From assembly GCA_963826525.1 (NCBI GenBank), contig CAWGXH010000004.1, forward strand, positions 1 through 64,000: DNA of 64,000 nucleotides, written 5' to 3'. Numbering within the stretch: position 1 is the first letter of the stretch; each line of letters starts with the position of its first letter. Of this stretch, positions 57,176-64,000 are shown one piece after another. Made by a program: the position numbers and the translations under genes. Origin of the DNA: an uncultured Methanomicrobiaceae archaeon. GTDB taxonomy: Archaea > Halobacteriota > Methanomicrobia > Methanomicrobiales > Methanoculleaceae. The notes below the pieces were generated by a model. It saw only the letters and a list, made by a program, of their open reading frames with translations. It was not told where the DNA came from and did not search any database.

Positions 57176-57625
57176 ATGGACCGCACCTTCGTTATGGTCA
57201 AGCCTGACGGCGTGCAGCGCGGGCTCGTCGGAGAGATCGTCTCCCGATTTGAGTCCAAGGGTCTCAAGATGGTCGGAGCCAAGCTCGAACGGCTCCCGGA
57301 GGAGCGCGTCGCCGACCAGTACCGCGAGCACCTCGAAAAACCCTTCTTCCCGGGGTTAAAGCAGTACATCATGAGCGGACCTTGCTTCCTGATGGTCTTT
57401 GAGGGCAAGAACGTGGTGCCGATCGTCCGCCGGATCGTCGGCGCCACAAACCCCGCAGAGGCCGAACCAGGCTCCATTCGCGGAGATCTTGCTCTCGATA
57501 TCGGGCGGAACGTGATCCACGCATCCGACTCCCCCGAGAGCGCCGACCGTGAGATCGGCATCCACTTCAAACCCGCAGAACTGGTCGCTTACACAAGAAT
57601 CGACCAGGGCATGCTGTACGAGTAA
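57176..57625 (+). CDS. ndk: Nucleoside diphosphate kinase
   Basis: [22 protein letters not shown] and NVIHASD. Confidence 0.97.
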   Translation: MDRTFVMVKPDGVQRGLVGEIVSRFESKGLKMVGAKLERLPEERVADQYREHLEKPFFPGLKQYIMSGPCFLMVFEGKNVVPIVRRIVGATNPAEAEPGSIRGDLALDIGRNVIHASDSPESADREIGIHFKPAELVAYTRIDQGMLYE

Positions 57626-57652
57626 TATCCCAAAACGGGGTATTCTTTTTTT
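57624..57652 (+). terminator. Hairpin plus T7 tract terminator after ndk
   Basis: AATATCCC-AAAAC-GGGGTATT followed by TTTTTTT. Confidence 0.6.
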
Positions 57653-57858
57653 CCGAATCCACAATGCACCGAGCGGAGCCGTTTTTACGCCGTGCATGAC
57701 TCTGAACCGTCGTTCGGGGAAGCCGCGGTGCCGGAACAAAAGCAGCCCGACGGAAAGGGAGCACCGGGCCGTTTCATCCCGCCAGGGAGCGGGATTCTTG
57801 CTCCCGTACCCTCATAAAACCAAAAGCCCTATATCAAAATCTGCCGCACATATGGACG

Positions 57859-58509
57859 ATGGCGGGCGATCTGCTGAGCTTTATACTCTTAAGCTTTTCC
57901 TCGATGATCATCGTGATCAATCCGCTCGCCGCCACCCTGATCTACGTCTCGCTCACCGAGACCATGGATCGCGAGAGCAGGATCAGTACTGCATGGGAGG
58001 CGAGCAGGTTCGCCCTTATCGTTCTCCTCGTCTTCACTATCGCCGGAGGGTTCATCCTGCAGCTCTTCGGCATCACGATCGAGGCGTTCAGGATTGCCGG
58101 AGGACTTCTGCTCTTCGGTATCGGTATGGAGATGGTCTACGCAAAGACCTCCCGAACGAAGATGACCGCGACGGAGAAGTACGAGGGGCAGGAGACCGAC
58201 GATATCGCCGTCATGCCGCTTGCAATACCCATGATCACAGGGCCGGGCGCCATTACGACCGCGATCGTCCTGATGAACGAGGCAATGGACATGAACATCC
58301 TGGCGCTCCTTATCGTTCCTCTCTCGGCCATCGTCTCCATCCTCATCACCTACTACATGATGAAGAACGCAGACTACATCACCAAACGTATCGGGCAGCG
58401 GGAGTACCGGGCGGTCAACCGGCTTATGGGAATGCTGCTCATCGCAATAGCGGTGCAGTTCGTCATTCTCGGAATACAGACCGCATTTCCACTGCTCAAA
58501 GGAGGGTAA
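57859..58509 (+). CDS. MarC family membrane protein
   Basis: INPL, FGITIEAFRIAGG, PLAIPMITGPG and RLMGMLL. Confidence 0.92.
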   Translation: MAGDLLSFILLSFSSMIIVINPLAATLIYVSLTETMDRESRISTAWEASRFALIVLLVFTIAGGFILQLFGITIEAFRIAGGLLLFGIGMEMVYAKTSRTKMTATEKYEGQETDDIAVMPLAIPMITGPGAITTAIVLMNEAMDMNILALLIVPLSAIVSILITYYMMKNADYITKRIGQREYRAVNRLMGMLLIAIAVQFVILGIQTAFPLLKGG

Positions 58510-58513
58510 CTCT

Positions 58514-58723
58514 ATGGATACACCGGATCTGACAACATCGGGGGCACTACTCACCAGTCTCAGCATCATCGCCGGGGGCATCATCATCGGGGCGATGATC
58601 TTCCGGATACCCGTACCGCTCGCACCGTACATCATGGTGACGCTTGCACTCCTCGTCGTCATCGGCGCGGCCGCCCTTCTCGCAGGCTGCAGAGAGTGCG
58701 GAGAGAGAGCATCGGGGAAATGA
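58514..58723 (+). CDS. Small two-helix membrane protein
   Basis: 69 aa with two hydrophobic segments; GGAGG ribosome-binding site; stop overlaps the next start. Confidence 0.6.
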   Translation: MDTPDLTTSGALLTSLSIIAGGIIIGAMIFRIPVPLAPYIMVTLALLVVIGAAALLAGCRECGERASGK

Positions 58724-59520
58724 CCACGATCGGCATCGCCCAGGTGGCAAGCTTCGGTCGCGACCCGGCGGAGAACCGCCGCCGGGCAGATGTTCTGGCC
58801 GGCAAGGCCGCCGAAGCGGGAGCAGAACTCGTCTGCTTTCCGGAGCAGTTCGCCACCGGCTGGTCACCGACAGTCCCCGCCGGAAGCGGGGAGACGGCAG
58901 AAGGCCCGACGGTCACCGCGCTCCGGGCAACGGCGCGCGACCATGGGATCGCCGTTCTCGGATCGTTTCTTGAGTACACGAGTGAGCGACCCCGTAACAC
59001 CGCCGTCGCGATCGACGCGGCGGGCAGTATGCTCGCCACCTATGCAAAGATGCACCTCTTCTCGCCCGGGGGCGAAGATTGCCACTGCACTCCGGGAGAT
59101 GCGATCGCCACCTTCACCGCGGGCGCCATGACCTTCGGGATCGCCGTCTGCTACGATCTCCGGTTCCCCGAGCTCTTCCGGGCGTACGCCGGGGCAGGCG
59201 TCGACTGCGTTCTTGTTCCCGCCGCCTGGCCGTGCAGCAGGCTCGCTCACTTCGAGATCTTCGTCGGCGCCCGTGCGCTTGAGAACCAGTACTACGTTGC
59301 CGGGATCAATGCAGGCGGGTCGGGACGCCCGGGTGACCCGCAGTGCGGATCGTCCCTCGTGGCCGATCCCGAAGGCACCGTCATCGCCCGCGGAGGCCGC
59401 GGGGAGGACCTGATCGTCGCGCCGCTTGATCCCGACCGGATCCGCGATACGCGAAATCGCATTCCTGCCCTGAAAGACCGCAGAAGTGACCTTTATCACA
59501 GATTGCTCTCTAATAGATAG
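58720..59520 (+). CDS. Nitrilase-family carbon-nitrogen hydrolase
   Basis: Catalytic triad motifs FPE, YAKMHLF and VCYDLRFPE; RALENQ. Confidence 0.9.
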   Translation: MTTIGIAQVASFGRDPAENRRRADVLAGKAAEAGAELVCFPEQFATGWSPTVPAGSGETAEGPTVTALRATARDHGIAVLGSFLEYTSERPRNTAVAIDAAGSMLATYAKMHLFSPGGEDCHCTPGDAIATFTAGAMTFGIAVCYDLRFPELFRAYAGAGVDCVLVPAAWPCSRLAHFEIFVGARALENQYYVAGINAGGSGRPGDPQCGSSLVADPEGTVIARGGRGEDLIVAPLDPDRIRDTRNRIPALKDRRSDLYHRLLSNR

Positions 59521-59528
59521 AGACATCC

Positions 59529-60284
59529 ATGCGGGGGAGCCAACACGTACTCATCAGCATCTTCTCGGTCGGCATCCTGCTGGTACCGGTAGTCCCGATA
59601 CTCGGCGTGGAGCTGACCCTCGTCGCCCTGCTCGGTGCATTCGTCGGTGCCCTCGCCCCCGATGCGGACGCAACCGACGCCGCTATCTTCCATAGGGAGA
59701 TTCGCGGCCTGAAAGGGGTTCACGGACATATCATCAATACTGCAGCTCTCGTTCTCCCCATATTCGGATATACCATCAGGTATCTCATCTACTACCCGCT
59801 CTCCCTCCTCTTCCTCGCTGCATTCGGGAAGCGCTACCGGCACCAGCACCGCGGTCTGCTCCACTCACTGATCGGGATTGCCATGACCACCTTCGTACTG
59901 CTCGCCTACATCTGGGCGATCTTTTTCTGGTGCGGGTGGGAGCCGATGCCACGGATCCCTCTGTTCGGGATCGCTTTCTTCGCCGGCTGCTTCTTCCACC
60001 TCATGGAAGATACCTGCACCCCGTCCGGGGTTGCCTGGCTCTACCCGTTCAGCCGCGTCCGTACCTGCGGAGTGATCCGGACCGCGAGTATGCTTGAGAT
60101 CAGGCCGGGATCATTCGCTCTCCTGCTCGGCCTGATCGGGGTGGCGACCGCCGCCGCAGCACTGCTCGAACTCGTCCCGATCCAGGAGCTCGCGCAGATC
60201 TCCGTCGGAGCACTCATCCTCCCGTGGCTCCTCTTCCTGGGCGCCTCACGCGTCCGGCACGGGAGAGCGAAGGGTGCGGCCTGA
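59529..60284 (+). CDS. Membrane-bound metal-dependent hydrolase (YdjM/DUF457-like)
   Basis: N-terminal H, APDAD, HRGLLHSL, HLMED.CT..G and LYPF. Confidence 0.85.
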   Translation: MRGSQHVLISIFSVGILLVPVVPILGVELTLVALLGAFVGALAPDADATDAAIFHREIRGLKGVHGHIINTAALVLPIFGYTIRYLIYYPLSLLFLAAFGKRYRHQHRGLLHSLIGIAMTTFVLLAYIWAIFFWCGWEPMPRIPLFGIAFFAGCFFHLMEDTCTPSGVAWLYPFSRVRTCGVIRTASMLEIRPGSFALLLGLIGVATAAAALLELVPIQELAQISVGALILPWLLFLGASRVRHGRAKGAA

Positions 60285-60360
60285 TATCCGGCGGCGATGC
60301 CTGCGGCCGGGATCGCCCGGCTCCCATATCTATACGTACTCCGGGGAACAACATTTCTGC

Positions 60361-61577
60361 ATGTACCGTCTCGTCTGCGTTCACTGTGATGCAGCTTCAT
60401 GCACCCGATCAGATCATCTATACCTGCGAGCGATGTGGTCACCTGCTGGCCGTCTGCTACGATATCGATACCCTCACCATAGAGAGAGAGGTCTGGGACC
60501 GGCGGCCCCTCTCGGTATGGCGGTACCGCGAGCTCCTGCCGGTCAGGGGCGAGCCGGTCACCCTCCAGGAAGGCGGCACACCGCTCTACCACCTCAAAAG
60601 GCTTGGGGAAGAGATGGGACTTACCGAGCTCTACGCCAAACACGAAGGCATGAATCCGACCGGTTCGTTCAAAGACCGCGGCATGACCGTCGGCGTCAGC
60701 ATGGCACTCGAACTCGGCAAGACGAGCGTTGCCTGCGCGAGTACCGGAAACACCTCCGCAAGCCTTGCCGCGTACGCTGCAAAGGGCGGTATCCCGGCGG
60801 TCGTGCTCCTTCCTGCAGGGAAGGTGGCGGTCGGGAAAGTCGCACAGGCGCTGATGCACGGCGCCCGGGTCATCTCCGTCCGCGGCAACTTCGACCGCGC
60901 CCTCGAGATGGTGCACGAGCTCTGCATCTCCCACGGGCTCTACCTGTTAAACTCGGTCAACCCCTTCCGACTCGAAGGCCAGAAGACAATCGGCTTTGAG
61001 GTGATCGACCAGCTGCACGGGAACGTTCCCGACAGGATGGTTCTTCCGGTCGGGAACGCCGGAAACATCTCCGCAGTACACAAAGGCCTGCAGGAGCTGA
61101 TAGCGCTCGGGTTCATCGACCGGCTCCCCATGATGACCGGAATTCAGGCGGCAGGCTCTTGCCCGGTCGTCAAAGCTCATCGAGCAGAATCTCCCCGAGC
61201 TGATCCCCGAGCAAAATCCCGAGACCGTGGCGACCGCCATCAGGATCGGCGCTCCGGTCAACGCCGAGAAGGCACTCACCGCCATTCGGCAGACAGGCGG
61301 CATCGCGGCATCGGTGACGGACGACGAGATCCTCACAATGCAGCGTGACCTTGCCCGGAAAGAAGGAATCGGCGTCGAACCGGCATCCGCAGCGTCGGTC
61401 GCCGGTGTACGAAAACTGATCGAGAGCGGCATCATCGACCGTGACGAACGGATCGTCTGCGTGGTCACCGGACACTTGCTGAAAGACCCGGAAACAGTGG
61501 TGAAACAATGCGAACCCCCAACCGAGATCGATGCAGATCTGCAGTCTTTGCTCTCTGCATTGCATTTGCACTCATAA
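60361..61577 (+). CDS. thrC: Threonine synthase; frameshifts near 60395 and 61175
   Basis: N-terminal CxxC/CxxC, VWRYRELLP, EGGTPL, NPTGSFKDRG, CASTGNTSAS, PVGNAGN and TGHLLKDP. Confidence 0.95.
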
Positions 61578-62119
61578 CCGTCCCGGCAGGCGCCCTCTCC
61601 GCAGAGTTCCAGATACTGGAGAACGGCACTGCATACCGGGCAAGTATGGAGATCACCGGAACCGAGCATGGATTCTGGGAGCAGGGAATGCTCGGCGAGC
61701 GTGTTCCGCTTGGTGTGGAGGATCTTCAGGTGATCGGCGCAGACGGTCCCGTTGACTTCACGTGGAGGGATGGCGGCACCATCACCTTCCCCGAAGGCAA
61801 CTATACCGCCACCTATCGCGGAGCCATCCGGAATAACCACCTGCAGGCACTCTTCAACGAGCCGTATACGGTCACCGTCACCCTTCCGGAAGGGCTCGAC
61901 GTCCGAAACCCGCTCCTTGCCATGATCAGTCCCGGCGGGGGGATCGGTGGCGGGGAGAATGACACGCTCACAGTCGCATGGTCGCGGACCACCTATATCG
62001 AACTGCGGTTTTACGACCCCGGGCGCGAGATTCTACTCAATACCTTTGTGACCATCTGGGTTGTGATGGCGGTCGTACTGCTCTTCCCCTATCTTCTGAC
62101 CCGGCTCAGAGAGGAGTGA
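61508..62119 (+). CDS. Conserved euryarchaeal membrane protein (DUF5803-like); start uncertain
   Basis: Signal-like segment, LPEGLDVRNPLLAMISPGG, ELRFY and a C-terminal transmembrane helix. Confidence 0.65.
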   Translation: MRTPNRDRCRSAVFALCIAFALITVPAGALSAEFQILENGTAYRASMEITGTEHGFWEQGMLGERVPLGVEDLQVIGADGPVDFTWRDGGTITFPEGNYTATYRGAIRNNHLQALFNEPYTVTVTLPEGLDVRNPLLAMISPGGGIGGGENDTLTVAWSRTTYIELRFYDPGREILLNTFVTIWVVMAVVLLFPYLLTRLREE

Positions 62120-62168
62120 CCTTTCGGAAGGCAGTGTAAAAAAAAGGCTCGGTAGGGCTCTTTTCGCC

Positions 62169-63068
62169 CTACTCTTTCTTCTTGATATCGATGCCGTACT
62201 TCTCGGCATTCCGGTCGGCGATAGCCTGGATCTTGGCGATCTCGTCGTCCCGACGCTGGGGCTTGAAGAGGTGGCGGAAACGCTTCTGGGTGCTGAGATA
62301 CTGGTCGACGGGTTTTCGGTTCACCTTCTTGGCTTTGGTGACGACACCGTTCTCCATCTCATAGTTCACCCAGAGGCCGGTTTCGATCGCGAGTTTGGCG
62401 ATGTTGAGCGTCTCACCGGCCTCAAAACCCCACCCGGTGCAGCAGGGTGTGTGTACCTGGACGTAGGTGGGCCCGGGAGTGTTTATCGCCCGCTCCACCT
62501 TCTTCATGAAATCCTGCGGATAGGCGATGGACGCAGTAGCAACATACGGTGCACCGTGGGCGGCGAGGATGCCGGGCATATCCTTCTTCGGCCGCTGGTT
62601 TCCGGTCGAACACGATCCGGCGGGGCTCGTCGTGGTGCTGGCATCGTATGGTGTCGCACCGGACCTCTGGATACCCGTATTCATGTAGGCCTCGTTGTCG
62701 TAGCAGATGTAGGTGATGTCGTGACCCCGCTCGAAAGCGCCGCTGATACAGAGCACCCCGATATCGAAGGTGGCACCGTCACCGCAGATGCAGATAACCT
62801 TCTCGGAACGCCCCTGTTTCTTGAGCGATGCTTCTATCCCCGATGCAACGGCGGCGGCATTCTCAAAGAGCGAGTGGATCCAGGGGATCTTCCATGCCGT
62901 CTCCGGATACGGTGTCGAGAAGACCTCCATACACCCGGTCGAGGCCACGGCGATCGCGTTCTCACCAGCGGCGTTCAGCAGGAGCCGGGCCGCAAGCGCC
63001 GGGCCGCAACCCCCGCAGGCACGGTGCCCGGACTCGAAGAGTTCGCATCCCATCGCTTTATCCGTCAT
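62169..63068 (-). CDS. porB: Pyruvate:ferredoxin oxidoreductase beta subunit
   Basis: [38 protein letters not shown] and PCCTGW. Confidence 0.93.
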   Translation of the reverse strand: MTDKAMGCELFESGHRACGGCGPALAARLLLNAAGENAIAVASTGCMEVFSTPYPETAWKIPWIHSLFENAAAVASGIEASLKKQGRSEKVICICGDGATFDIGVLCISGAFERGHDITYICYDNEAYMNTGIQRSGATPYDASTTTSPAGSCSTGNQRPKKDMPGILAAHGAPYVATASIAYPQDFMKKVERAINTPGPTYVQVHTPCCTGWGFEAGETLNIAKLAIETGLWVNYEMENGVVTKAKKVNRKPVDQYLSTQKRFRHLFKPQRRDDEIAKIQAIADRNAEKYGIDIKKKE

Positions 63069-64000
63069 TAGAGCACCTCCGTCCGCAGTCCGTAGAACAT
63101 ATCTCCAACACCCTTCTCCGCGAGATCGACGACCCCGGCGATATCCTTCGTTCGGACGTCCCGGCCGCCAAGACCGATAATATAGTCCTTTACCGTGATA
63201 CCCGTACCGGCCAACGCCGCCTTCACCTCGGTGCCGACGGCACCGCCGCCACCGATCGAGATGTTCTTGTCGAGCACGGCGACGGTGGAGACACCGGAGA
63301 GCGCCTTTGCGAGGTCAGCCGCCGGGAACGGCCGATACGTCCGGATCTTCGCTAAGCCCACCTTCCGCCCGGCATCACGCATCTCGTCGATGGCATCCTT
63401 GGCGGTGCCGCAGATCGACCCCAGGGCCACAATTGCGGTATCCGCATCGTCGAGGCGGTAGCCTTCGACGAGCGTGCTGTAGTCACGGCCGAACTGCTCG
63501 CCAAACTCGGCTCCCGCCCGCCTGATGGCGTCTCCTGCCCGGTGCATCGCCTGGTCGAGCTCGTAGCGGAACTCCATGTAGTACTCCGGTGTCGCATACA
63601 TCCCCATGCTTATCGGATCTTTCGCGTCAAGCCGGTGGTAGGGCGAGAACGCCGGCAGGTATGCGTCCACATCGTCCTGCGAAGGGATATCGACCGGCTC
63701 GTAGGTATGAGAGAGGATGAATCCGTCGAAACAGACGAACGCCGGGAGGAGGATGTTGTGATCCTCGGCAACTTTATAGGCGATCATGTGGAGGTCGGTC
63801 GCCTCCTGATTATCCTCAGCGTAGAGCTGCATCCATCCCGAGTCACGCAGCGAGATGGAGTCCTGCTGGTCGTTCCAGATCGAGAGCGGTGCTCCGAGCG
63901 AGCGGTTGACGATCGACATCACGATAGGCAGCCGCATCCCGGCCACGTTGAAGCAGACCTCGAACATCAGGGCGAGACCCTGCGAGGTGGTTGCCGAGTA
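63068..64000 (-). CDS. porA: Pyruvate:ferredoxin oxidoreductase alpha subunit (5' end outside the window)
   Basis: [39 protein letters not shown] and GLGGRD. Confidence 0.93.
   Translation of the reverse strand, partial: YSATTSQGLALMFEVCFNVAGMRLPIVMSIVNRSLGAPLSIWNDQQDSISLRDSGWMQLYAEDNQEATDLHMIAYKVAEDHNILLPAFVCFDGFILSHTYEPVDIPSQDDVDAYLPAFSPYHRLDAKDPISMGMYATPEYYMEFRYELDQAMHRAGDAIRRAGAEFGEQFGRDYSTLVEGYRLDDADTAIVALGSICGTAKDAIDEMRDAGRKVGLAKIRTYRPFPAADLAKALSGVSTVAVLDKNISIGGGGAVGTEVKAALAGTGITVKDYIIGLGGRDVRTKDIAGVVDLAEKGVGDMFYGLRTEVL

Overview
The window joins two different genomes. Bases 1-~3880 are bacterial and Acidobacteria-like: a Tat-exported sugar isomerase, tRNA-Arg(CCT), purD and a truncated mnmG, all heavily frameshifted. 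This segment is joined through an 8-bp microhomology to ~60 kb of a GC-rich methanogen chromosome (Methanomicrobiales, Methanoculleus-like), which is most likely an assembly or read chimera. The archaeal part carries an MNT-HEPN toxin-antitoxin pair, bacterial-type ruvCAB, a surface-glycan cluster and xerA. It continues with a DUF5806-like gene, mobB-moaE, glmM, a ~1190-aa helical-repeat protein, acylphosphatase, an array-less Cas1 and two paaK-like ligases. Further on are hps-rraA, duplicated amt-glnK, cobT/cobZ/cobS, tuf-rpsJ, a CetZ-like tubulin, a lipid-linked glycosylation module, rpl7ae-rps28e-rpl24e-ndk, thrC and porBA. Scattered single-base frameshifts, even in tuf, look like long-read indel errors. 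The best leads are: (1) a dif-like 11-6-11 palindrome abutting the xerA promoter beside a 2-kb gene-free region; (2) a 17-bp inverted-repeat cassette between xerA and the glycan genes; (3) an unannotated, highly structured ~230-nt RNA candidate at 48617-48844; (4) a structured leader on the DUF5806-like gene; and (5) a catalytically altered solo Cas1 next to a giant alpha-solenoid gene. All assignments come from reading motifs by eye; no database searches were run.
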